24,000 bases of DNA, taken from the NCBI GenBank assembly GCA_031274985.1, contig JAISPK010000016.1, positions 222 to 24,221 of the forward strand. The letters are read 5' to 3'. This stretch comes from Coriobacteriales bacterium. GTDB lineage: Bacteria > Actinomycetota > Coriobacteriia > Coriobacteriales > UBA8131. Every line of letters starts with the position of its first letter. The stretch's first letter is position 1. The notes beneath the pieces are model-generated. The model had not been told where the DNA came from and ran no database searches. It saw only the letters and a list, made by a program, of their open reading frames with translations. A program made the translations under genes and the position numbers. This document shows, one piece after another, positions 1-7,992 of the stretch.

Positions 1-438
1 CTGCCGGGCCGTTTCAATGAGGTCGGCCATTTCCAGGGCGCTGGGCTTTACGGACTCGCGGCGAAGCGCCGGCCTGAACTCAAGGGCCCCCATGCCTCGC
101 TTGCCCAGATAGGCCAGGCGGTCAAGAGGGGTGATCTGCTGCCTGCTTATACCTTGCGATGCCATCCAGCTGTCAATGAGCATGTTTCCAAAAGCATCAG
201 GCAGACTGTCGGCGATAAACGCCGGCAGCCCAAAGTAGGTCTCTCGCGAAAGAGCGGGAAAGACCACCGCGCCGCGCGTAGTTCCCGGTACCAGCAAAGG
301 AGAGAGCTCCCAGCCGGACTGACTGAAGGACTCATAGTACTCAAACGCATAGACACCATAGCGCTCGTCAAACGCCAGGGCACCAACGGGAGTGTTCCAG
401 CACAACACCTCAATGCTGTTAACCGGTTTATAGGGCAT
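1..438 (-). CDS. hipA: HipA-family kinase toxin, N-terminal 146 codons (gene runs off the left edge)
   Basis: This gene is absent from the ORF track because it has no stop codon in the window. My minus-strand translation from the ATG at 438-436 gives MPYKPVNSIEVLCWNTPVGALAFDERYGVYAFEY...GLPAFIADSLPDAFGNMLIDSW...LAYLGKRGMGALEFRP. That fits the HipA N-terminal (couple_hipA) pattern. The start overlaps the stop of the upstream HTH gene by 11 nt. Confidence 0.75.
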   Translation of the reverse strand, partial: MPYKPVNSIEVLCWNTPVGALAFDERYGVYAFEYYESFSQSGWELSPLLVPGTTRGAVVFPALSRETYFGLPAFIADSLPDAFGNMLIDSWMASQGISRQQITPLDRLAYLGKRGMGALEFRPALRRESVKPSALEMADLIETARQ

Positions 439-766
439 GGAGATCCCGGTTGTTAAGGGCGTTGTTTTGGGGTGCGTGATTCTTTGCCCGAGCGCGCTTG
501 CGTGGCTTGCCGTGAGCATGGACCTGGATCGGGCTGATTGAAGCCTGTGGGGCGAGCTGGTTAAACCAGTCCTCCTGCCGGAGCACCTGAAGTGCCTTGA
601 TAAAGGAAGCAAGCGATGAGCCCTTACCGCCCTCCAAACGTGAGATGGTAACGGTGCTTACCCCTGCCCTGTTGGCCAGCTCTGCCTGACTTAGATTCAT
701 GCGAAGGCGCAGCGATTGAAGCTGCTTGCCAAGAAAGCCTTCCCATTCCTGTGCTTTGCTGTTCAT
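428..766 (-). CDS. hipB: XRE-family helix-turn-helix transcriptional regulator, HipB-like antitoxin
   Basis: The 112-aa ORF contains LRLRMNLSQAELANRAGVSTVTISRLEGGK, a typical Cro/C1 HTH. It lies immediately upstream of, and overlaps, the hipA-like gene. Confidence 0.75.
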   Translation of the reverse strand: MNSKAQEWEGFLGKQLQSLRLRMNLSQAELANRAGVSTVTISRLEGGKGSSLASFIKALQVLRQEDWFNQLAPQASISPIQVHAHGKPRKRARAKNHAPQNNALNNRDLHAL

Positions 767-801
767 TTAGTTGCCTATCATTTCTTTTATGTTATTACTT
801 G

Positions 802-813
802 TATCTGCGGATA
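802..813. promoter_or_regulatory. Candidate HipB operator half-site pair (TATC-N4-GATA) in the AT-rich hipB upstream region
   Basis: tatctgcggata lies about 40 nt upstream of the hipB ATG. The outer 4 bp on each side are inverted repeats. E. coli HipB operators are TATCC-N8-GGATA, so this is a resemblance only. Confidence 0.25.
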
Positions 814-885
814 TCTTATCATATTTTTTATGTTCTGGCATCTAGGCGACCCCTCCCCGGTACTGCGCGTTGTGCAAGGATCACC

Positions 886-1680
886 TCACGGAAAATCGAT
901 CCACTCTGCGCCGGGTTTTGGGTGGAGCACCAGGGTGTTTGGATACTGTGTGAGCATACTCGCGATAAAAGCTCCGGTGTTAACCTCTGAAGAAACAGGT
1001 GGGTAGGTATTGTCGTAATGGTCCAGCAAAACCGCTTTTGGTTGCAACCGCTCAATGATGGTAAGCGCGTATCGGCTCATGTCTGAGCGACCTTGAAACG
1101 GCATCACGAGCAGGTCTGCTCCTTTTGGGTATTCCGTGTTGCTGTCGAGGTTGAGGCTCCCCATGAGGAGTATCGTCTTCTTTGCTGCTTTTATGTTGTA
1201 GACCACCGTTTCTTTGGCCTCCTTGAATCCCCTTCCTGCCTTAAGCAGGTCTCTGAGGTTTTTTTGATAGCGCAAAACCCGTGGGCTCAAAAGGGTCCGC
1301 GCCAGCAACCTTGCATCAAAGACAATATGCCTGCCTTTGAGCACATTTACGGTAAACGACCCCTTGTTCAGAACACTGCCGGGGGCAATTCTTTGAATAC
1401 ACCGCTCATCCACCCCCTTTGAAAGCAGCGCCCTGAGGGGCGCCTCGGTGCAATAGACCGTGGTGTTGCCTGAGCCTTGCGCAAGGATTTTTGGAACGTC
1501 TCGTGCGTGGTCGAGATGGCCATGCGTAATGAATATGCTCTCAACTGCTGCCAGTTGTTCTGCCGGCGGCATAAACGCTTTGCTGTGGCGCGGAAAAAAC
1601 GGGTCAAACAACAGCTCTGTGCCCTCGTGCTCCATCAGTATCGTTGCCGTTCCATACCATTTGATTCTCACTTTACGCAC
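886..1680 (-). CDS. MBL-fold metallo-hydrolase
   Basis: The 264-aa ORF carries the HxHxDH motif (ITHGHLDHARD) about 60 residues from the N-terminus and has a beta-lactamase-fold-like length. Confidence 0.75.
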   Translation of the reverse strand: MRKVRIKWYGTATILMEHEGTELLFDPFFPRHSKAFMPPAEQLAAVESIFITHGHLDHARDVPKILAQGSGNTTVYCTEAPLRALLSKGVDERCIQRIAPGSVLNKGSFTVNVLKGRHIVFDARLLARTLLSPRVLRYQKNLRDLLKAGRGFKEAKETVVYNIKAAKKTILLMGSLNLDSNTEYPKGADLLVMPFQGRSDMSRYALTIIERLQPKAVLLDHYDNTYPPVSSEVNTGAFIASMLTQYPNTLVLHPKPGAEWIDFP

Positions 1681-1754
1681 TTCCGTTCATGCAAATTACC
1701 GTGTCCCAAAAGGGGGCATCAACACCCGTGCTCATATTAATGCTACAGGGGCTT

Positions 1755-1763
1755 TGCTACAAT
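1755..1763 (+). promoter_or_regulatory. Candidate extended -10 promoter (TGcTACAAT) for the response-regulator/kinase operon
   Basis: TGcTACAAT lies 35 nt upstream of the ATG at 1798. A GGAGA Shine-Dalgarno sits 5 nt before that ATG. Confidence 0.4.
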
Positions 1764-1797
1764 ATACCTGTCCACTTTATGAGGCTCGGAGACTTGC

Positions 1798-2463
1798 ATG
1801 GCAGCTCACATCCTGGTTGTTGAAGACGACGAGAACATCGCTCGCATGATCGAGGCAACGCTGACCATTGGAGGCTACTCGTCAAAGATCTGCGGTGACG
1901 GCCTGCAGGCAGTGGGTGAGATAAACTCCGGCCAATACGATCTGGTGCTTCTGGACATCATGCTGCCAAAGATGGACGGGTTTCAGGTCTTTGAAAGTAA
2001 GGGTGACAACACGCCGGTTATCTTCCTCACCGCCATGGGCGACGTGCCCAACAAGGTCAGAGGACTCAGGATGGGCGCGGAAGACTACATCGTTAAGCCC
2101 TTTGAGGCAGTTGAGCTTTTGGCTCGCATCGAGGTGGCCCTCAGACGCACCCACCGGGAAAACACCACCCTCAGCTATCAGGAGATCCTCATCGAAACCG
2201 ACAAGCATGAGGTAACCCTCAATGGCAAGCCGGTCATGCTCACCCCCAAGGAGTTTGACCTTCTGGTGTTTTTTGTGAGTAATATCGACATTGCCCTGAC
2301 GCGTGAGCATCTACTCTCCCAGGTCTGGGGCTATAGCTTTAGCGGCGAGACCCGTACCGTTGATACCCATGTTCAGCAACTGCGCAAAAAACTCATCTTG
2401 CACGATGCGCTGGTCACCATCCCGCGGCTCGGCTACCGGCTCGAAAGCCGCAGGAATCTTTGA
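1798..2463 (+). CDS. OmpR/PhoB-family response regulator
   Basis: It has a receiver domain (ILVVEDDENI...DLVLLDIMLPKMDG...VKPF) and a winged-helix C-terminus (LTPKEFDLL...VDTHVQQLRKKL...GYRL). Confidence 0.9.
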   Translation: MAAHILVVEDDENIARMIEATLTIGGYSSKICGDGLQAVGEINSGQYDLVLLDIMLPKMDGFQVFESKGDNTPVIFLTAMGDVPNKVRGLRMGAEDYIVKPFEAVELLARIEVALRRTHRENTTLSYQEILIETDKHEVTLNGKPVMLTPKEFDLLVFFVSNIDIALTREHLLSQVWGYSFSGETRTVDTHVQQLRKKLILHDALVTIPRLGYRLESRRNL

Positions 2464-4016
2464 AGCTCTGGCAAAAGATATTCCTCTTTACCCTGACCCT
2501 AGTGATCATTGTGGTCAATGCCTCGTCACTGGCGCTGCTCTCAAACAATCATCGCCTCGCCATTGAGCGCGAGCAGCAAAACGCTCTGGCAAGACACAAC
2601 TACCTGGATCTTGAGATCAGGAATAAGGTCAGCTATTCCAAGGTCGTCGAACGCAAGTTTGCTCTGACCGAAGCAGAGTCCCTGCAGATAGCCATCAATG
2701 TGCTGGAGCAGCAGCAGGGAGACGCCGGCATGGGCGTGGCGCTCTACAAAGATCGTCTGCCCATCTCCTTTGCCAATGAGGCAGACATTGGCACTGCCGT
2801 CGATTTGCTCAATGAGCCCGACTATAGCTCGGTCATTGAGGAGTCAGGCAACAAGACCCTGCTTTACATCGTCTCCACTATCGAACTCAGCGATCGGCCC
2901 TACCAATTGGTCACCACGTATGACATCAGCTCAACCTATGAGTTGTTTCGCAAAGACTTTGACCAGATACGCGTCATCGGTATCATCTCTGCGCTCCTTG
3001 TGTCCGGGATACTGCTTTTGCTGGTGCGCGGCCTCCTTAACCCTTTGCGCAATCTCAGTAGCACTACCGGCCTCATTGCCAGCGGCGACCTGGACAAACG
3101 CGCCACCGTTAAGGGGCATGATGAGGTTGCCGAGGTAGCTCGCAGCTTTAACACGATGGCTGATTCCATTGAGAGCAACGTAACGGCGCTGGAGGGCCTG
3201 GCAGAATCGCGGAGGGTCTTTATCTCCAATCTTGCCCACGAGATGAAGACGCCCCTCACTTCGATACTGGGTTTTGCCGACCTTCTCAGGGTCAAACGCG
3301 AGGTGTCGGAGTCCGAACGCATCGAATATGCCAGTGTCATCGTCAGTGAGACCAAGCGCTTGCAGGAGCTCTCCGGCAAGCTGATGGAGCTTTTGTTTGT
3401 GGGTAATCTCGAGACTTCTCCCGTGGTGGTTGCGGTAAAGGATTTTGCTGCAGAGCTCACCACGGTTTTAGAGCCTATCGTTGCCAATCATTCCCTTGAG
3501 CTGAGATGCGAGCTGCCGGGCAAGCCGGTATTCATAAGGATTGACAAGGAGATGATGAAGTCTTTTATCTTTAACCTTGTTGACAACAGCATCAAAGCGT
3601 CAAGCCCCCAGCACGTTATCAGGCTCATCTTTGAGGAGGTCAGCGCGAGCGCCGAAGAAGCGGGCTTAGTTGCTGCGGAAAGCGACACTGCTCTTGAAGC
3701 GAATGAGGGCGGGCCTTTTGAGGGCAGCTCTGCTGAGGGAGGGCCTTTTGAGGGCGACCCCGCCGAGGTACTTGAACTGGTAAAGATCACAGTGGTTGAC
3801 GAAGGCATCGGTATCCCCTCCGAGGAGATTGCGCTCATTGTGGAGCCGTTTTACATGCTCGACAAGGCTCGCACGCGCAAGCACGGCGGCGCGGGCCTTG
3901 GCCTGGCGCTCTGCTCTGAAATCGCCCGCGCCCACGGCTCAAAGCTTATAATCAAGAGCATAGAGGGACGAGGTACGGCTATAAGCGTTCTGCTCAAAAA
4001 GGAGAAGGGCGCATGA
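2460..4016 (+). CDS. Membrane sensor histidine kinase (2 TM, HAMP, HisKA, HATPase_c)
   Basis: The TTG start overlaps the regulator stop (cTTTGA). The H-box is SNLAHEMKTPLTSILGF, the N-box is FNLVDNSIKAS, and the G-boxes are VDEGIGIP and GGAGLGLALC. There are two hydrophobic segments and a HAMP-like linker. Confidence 0.9.
   Translation: MKLWQKIFLFTLTLVIIVVNASSLALLSNNHRLAIEREQQNALARHNYLDLEIRNKVSYSKVVERKFALTEAESLQIAINVLEQQQGDAGMGVALYKDRLPISFANEADIGTAVDLLNEPDYSSVIEESGNKTLLYIVSTIELSDRPYQLVTTYDISSTYELFRKDFDQIRVIGIISALLVSGILLLLVRGLLNPLRNLSSTTGLIASGDLDKRATVKGHDEVAEVARSFNTMADSIESNVTALEGLAESRRVFISNLAHEMKTPLTSILGFADLLRVKREVSESERIEYASVIVSETKRLQELSGKLMELLFVGNLETSPVVVAVKDFAAELTTVLEPIVANHSLELRCELPGKPVFIRIDKEMMKSFIFNLVDNSIKASSPQHVIRLIFEEVSASAEEAGLVAAESDTALEANEGGPFEGSSAEGGPFEGDPAEVLELVKITVVDEGIGIPSEEIALIVEPFYMLDKARTRKHGGAGLGLALCSEIARAHGSKLIIKSIEGRGTAISVLLKKEKGA
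3705..3764 (+). repeat. In-frame 30-bp tandem duplication inside the kinase ATP-binding domain insert
   Basis: gagggcgggccttttgagggcagctctgct is followed directly by gagggagggccttttgagggcgaccccgcc. These encode EGGPFEGSSA and EGGPFEGDPA. Confidence 0.85.
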
Positions 4017-5098
4017 GTAATTCCGTCAAGAAGAAAAACTCGTGGAAGCGGGTATCGAGCAACGAAAAGCCCGACGCCCGGGAGGTGAGCCCCAGCACGC
4101 TTGCCAATGCGCTCACGGTGCTGCTCACCGTAATCATCATTGCCGGCGGCTTTATGCTGCCCACGCTGACCTTTCCTCTCCTCGATTCTTACAGCAACCG
4201 GTCGATTCAGCTGACGAGCCCCTCTGACGACATGATCTCCGGCCACATCTTTGAAGAGCCGGTGACGCTTTACCCCTGGAATATCTATGATGAGGCGCGG
4301 ACGCGAAAACTCACCGTGGTTGAAATGGCCCAGCTCGATCAAAGTGGGGTTATCGACCTCCTGATTAGCACGATGCAGCATCACAGCATTGCGCTTGGCT
4401 ATCGATACGAGGTTTATCAGGAACGTATCCTCAGCAGTTTTCATTGGCTTGAGCCCGTGAGCGCCTCGGACGCCGGCTGCTTTGTAATGGTAGAGGCAGA
4501 TATTGATTTTGACGGAAACCCCGATGCCAGTTGTGCCGTTGACCTCAATGGCAATCTCATATCGCTGCTCTTTGTTTCAGATACCTGGGGTGCTCTGCGG
4601 CTTACCGACCCCATCGCCGTGCCCCCGGAACAAGCTCAGGTGAATGCTGAGGGGTCAGGCAATGCACCCACGAGTAGCCCTGCCGGTGAAACTCCTGCGC
4701 TACAGAACCTGCCTTCGGCCCCCAATGGGTCGCCCGTAGATTATCTGCCGCTGCAAGAAGACGAGAGCATCTGGCTGTTTTCTTATGTGCTCTCGCGCGA
4801 GGCGCTTATTGCGGGGCAGAGCGATGTTTACTATACGTTTAGACAGCTTGATCTGTACTATGAGGAGCGCTTTGCCTACCCCTACATCAACTTAATCCCT
4901 GCGCCGCCGGACTACGTAGAGACCCTGCCAAATATCGAGCCCATTGCCATTACCTATGACAACCTGAGTACCGACAATTACCTCCACAAGATCTACGACT
5001 TTGCAAACGGCACAAGACTGATTTTGTACATCAACCCCCTCACGCAAAACTGCGATGGCTTTAACCTCGCTATTTCAACGGTTTTTACAACTTCATGA
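4013..5098 (+). CDS. Hypothetical membrane-anchored protein, translationally coupled to the kinase
   Basis: The ATGA start/stop overlaps the kinase gene. There is one N-terminal TM segment (LTVLLTVIIIAGGFMLPTLTF). I recognise no motif in the remaining roughly 300 residues. Confidence 0.6.
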   Translation: MSNSVKKKNSWKRVSSNEKPDAREVSPSTLANALTVLLTVIIIAGGFMLPTLTFPLLDSYSNRSIQLTSPSDDMISGHIFEEPVTLYPWNIYDEARTRKLTVVEMAQLDQSGVIDLLISTMQHHSIALGYRYEVYQERILSSFHWLEPVSASDAGCFVMVEADIDFDGNPDASCAVDLNGNLISLLFVSDTWGALRLTDPIAVPPEQAQVNAEGSGNAPTSSPAGETPALQNLPSAPNGSPVDYLPLQEDESIWLFSYVLSREALIAGQSDVYYTFRQLDLYYEERFAYPYINLIPAPPDYVETLPNIEPIAITYDNLSTDNYLHKIYDFANGTRLILYINPLTQNCDGFNLAISTVFTTS

Positions 5099-5456
5099 CA
5101 TCTGTCTGACTGTATGCCGATAGCAGGCGTGTACTATGGGGTTTGTGGGAAAGAAACAAAGGGTTTGTTCCTTGTTTAGACGTCGAGCCGGAAGGTAATG
5201 TATTCCCTGGATGTTTCTCCCTCCTGTTTATACATCCCCTTCTCCTTCTCTCCTACCTTTCTGCTCGACTTCTCTCACTCAAGACTTCTGCTTTGTTTTT
5301 GTCTAATGCTATAGCTACTCGGCTAGATAGAGCGGCTCCGTACCCCGCCACCCACAGGAAAAGGAGCCGCTTTGCATGTTCTGACAAAAGGGGACGCGAG
5401 CCATAATGGGGACGGTTCTTTTATGGTTTGGATAGGCAAGTGGAGACGTTGACAGG

Positions 5457-6575
5457 TCAACTTCCGTAGTAGGCAACCAGAAGATCCACGCAGGCGCCGT
5501 AACTTCTCATGCCCAACACCTGGCCCTGATTATGGAGAAACCCTGTATAGGCCAGCTCACTGATCTCGGCAGTTTTGGAGTCGTATTGCGCCCAGTATTT
5601 GTTGTTGGCGGCAAGGTCTCTTTGAGCGTTTTCTCCCAGATAAGAAGCTGCCTCTACCCAATCCTCATAGCTCGCCTCGTAGAGGGCGTTTGCCAGATGG
5701 ATATAGGCAAGGAGTGCGCCACTGTAGACATAGTTGATGTCATCGCTTTGCAGGCACACCAGTACGGCGGTAAAGTTAGCGTCCTGCTCCCGGGTAACCC
5801 CGCGTTGATGCGCCAGTTCGTGCGCGGTGGCAGAAGGAATGAAGCAATCCGGCGAGAGAACATTGATGTTTGCTTCGCCCGTAAAGGGAAAGAAACCGCC
5901 GGTAAAGTTCATCTCACTCATTACGCTTGAAAAGACCAGGGCTTTTGGCCTAACCTCGGGCCCCTCCAGAAAGCTGAACTCTCCGGGCAGGCCGGTGTAG
6001 AGCGCCGGAGCCTCGCGGAGCGTTTTTTGGATATCGCAGCTGTACACCCCGTTTTCGTTGCGACTGACGCCCTCTCCTGCTGCATTGGCTGCCTCGGCAA
6101 AGCTGATGGTGACCTCTTTAAGCTGCTCAACACTCAGTGGCTCGGTCTTGATGCCGCTGAGCTCGGTGTACGTGTAGGAGTAAAACCCGATGCCCCAGAG
6201 CCAACAGACAAGGGCATAGACCATCAGCGCACCGGCGCCAAGAGAGATGAGCGCGCCATAGATACGGAGCAGTTTTTGCGGCTGGCAAATCACCCTGACA
6301 ATGACAACAACCAGGTATATCAGAACACCAACTACCACCAGAGCGCACAACCACTCCGCAACCGAAAAGGGAAAGAGCCCAAAAAACCCGCCGGACAAAC
6401 GGTGCCAGGGTCGCGTGAGGTGAGTCATAACGTAATCAGCTGCAGCGCGCTCGTTTCTCAGGAGATAGTAGGCGCCAAGCAAGGCAGCCGCCCCCGCAAG
6501 CACAAGGTGTCTGCCGATAAACCGCCTCAGGGGATTCTTGCGGGCTTCCCGGCATTTTTCGCTCTCTAAGTCCAT
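5457..6575 (-). CDS. DUF3810-like integral membrane protein with an HExxH zinc-metallopeptidase-type motif
   Basis: The 372-aa ORF has about 3 N-terminal TM segments. It then contains NFTGGFFPFTGEANIN and ATAHELAHQRGVTREQDANF, that is HExxH plus a downstream Glu. The family call is from memory of DUF3810 and is unverified. Confidence 0.55.
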   Translation of the reverse strand: MDLESEKCREARKNPLRRFIGRHLVLAGAAALLGAYYLLRNERAAADYVMTHLTRPWHRLSGGFFGLFPFSVAEWLCALVVVGVLIYLVVVIVRVICQPQKLLRIYGALISLGAGALMVYALVCWLWGIGFYSYTYTELSGIKTEPLSVEQLKEVTISFAEAANAAGEGVSRNENGVYSCDIQKTLREAPALYTGLPGEFSFLEGPEVRPKALVFSSVMSEMNFTGGFFPFTGEANINVLSPDCFIPSATAHELAHQRGVTREQDANFTAVLVCLQSDDINYVYSGALLAYIHLANALYEASYEDWVEAASYLGENAQRDLAANNKYWAQYDSKTAEISELAYTGFLHNQGQVLGMRSYGACVDLLVAYYGS

Positions 6576-6581
6576 GCCCGG

Positions 6582-7085
6582 CTAGGCACTGACTTTTAAC
6601 AGGCCGACTGCTTCAACCAGCAGGTCATCGAATTCTTTGCGAGCAAAGAGCTTGAGTGATTCCTCGCTGAGTTGCCCCTCTTTGTGTTCATACCTGAGCT
6701 TTTCTTTTTCCATCAGGGCGCTTTTTATCTTTTCGGTACTGATGATGGCGGCGTAGCGCTTTGTTTCAAACTCCCAGAACCGGTCCTGGCCAAATTCGCT
6801 GACTTTTTCGTTGAAGACTGCCGAGCCCTCCATGCTGCTTTTGAATTTTGCTATGCGCTCATGCACCTCCTGCGGCAGCGCAACCACCCCTTTGATCTCT
6901 CCTAAACAAAACACTGCCCTCAATTGAACGATCTGGGTAATGATGGTTTCTCTCGCGGGCGGGGTGATGTCTTCGGTTCCCTGCAGCGCTAAGATCAGAT
7001 TGTGCCTGAAATGCTCGTAGTCAATCTCTGCCTGCGAAACTTCTACCCCGTCTATGGTGAGATGAATATCAGTGCTCATGATCAC
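6582..7085 (-). CDS. Hypothetical acidic cytoplasmic protein (167 aa), overlapping the nosF stop
   Basis: It is a clean ORF with no signal peptide or TM segment and no motif I recognise. It overlaps nosF by 17 nt and ends 6 nt before the next gene. Confidence 0.55.
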   Translation of the reverse strand: MIMSTDIHLTIDGVEVSQAEIDYEHFRHNLILALQGTEDITPPARETIITQIVQLRAVFCLGEIKGVVALPQEVHERIAKFKSSMEGSAVFNEKVSEFGQDRFWEFETKRYAAIISTEKIKSALMEKEKLRYEHKEGQLSEESLKLFARKEFDDLLVEAVGLLKVSA

Positions 7086-7992
7086 ACCCGCCTTTTTGCT
7101 GATAGATTGAGTGATAGATATCTTCGAGGGTTATCTCTAGTATCTCCATGTCCCCCAGCTGCTCAAAGGAGCTGATCTTATCGATGACCTCCAGCTTGTT
7201 TTCGTAGGAACACGATACAACCTGCCAGCCTTTTTCGCTGGTGATTGGATAATCGAGCCTAGCCTTGAGCTCGTCTGCACTCACCTCCGGCTCAAAGAAA
7301 GCCTTGACCCTGACCTTGTTTGCCCCGCCCCTCTTGAGCTCTTTGACGCTGCCGAGGGCGATGAGGTCGCCCTCCCGCATGATGCCAACGCGATCAACCA
7401 GCTCTTCCACTTCGCTCAAGATGTGCGAGGTAAAGATGATCGTCTTGCCGCTCTCGTTGAGCTGATTGATGATTTTTTTGCTCTTGATTACCCAGAGGGG
7501 ATCCAGGCCGGAGGTGGGCTCATCGAGTATCAGCAGCGGTGAGTCCGGCAGAAGCGCGATGGCAAGGCCGAGCCTCTGGGTCATTCCCTTTGAAAAGCTG
7601 CCGACCTTTTGCTTGCCAAGTTCTGAGAGCTCTACCAGTTTGAGCAGCTCATCTACCCTGCTGTCAGGAAGCTTTTGCAGCCGGGCAAAGAAGCGCAGCG
7701 TCTCTGAGGCGCTCAAATGAGGAAACAGCGCCATGGTCTCAGGCATGTAGGAGAACTGCTTTTTGACCTCTTTTTGAAGGGGAGCGACCTCCTGCCCGTT
7801 GATTTTCATGCACCCGGCGCTGGCTTGCAGCAGACCCACGAGCATCTTGATCAGGGTTGTTTTGCCTGCCCCGTTATGACCGAGGAGGGCAAAGATCTCG
7901 CCCCGCTCGATATTGAGCGACACGTTTTTGACCACGTCTTTTTTGCCGTAGGTCTTGGTTAGGCAGGATATCTCAACGATAGGCAACGTCAC
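7069..7992 (-). CDS. nosF: ABC transporter ATP-binding protein, NosF-like
   Basis: Walker A is GHNGAGKTT, the signature-like motif is FSKGMTQRLGLA, Walker B is LLILDEPTSGLD and the H-loop is FTSHIL. The GTG start overlaps the nosY stop (GTGA). The call also rests on its context within the nos cluster. Confidence 0.8.
   Translation of the reverse strand: MTLPIVEISCLTKTYGKKDVVKNVSLNIERGEIFALLGHNGAGKTTLIKMLVGLLQASAGCMKINGQEVAPLQKEVKKQFSYMPETMALFPHLSASETLRFFARLQKLPDSRVDELLKLVELSELGKQKVGSFSKGMTQRLGLAIALLPDSPLLILDEPTSGLDPLWVIKSKKIINQLNESGKTIIFTSHILSEVEELVDRVGIMREGDLIALGSVKELKRGGANKVRVKAFFEPEVSADELKARLDYPITSEKGWQVVSCSYENKLEVIDKISSFEQLGDMEILEITLEDIYHSIYQQKGGCDHEH

Noticed and set aside
5143-5406. 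87-aa plus-strand ORF in the convergent spacer
   Set aside because: It has a non-ATG start and no ribosome-binding site. It is translated largely from the pyrimidine tract (Leu/Ser/Pro/Phe-rich) and shows no recognisable motif. It is most likely non-coding.
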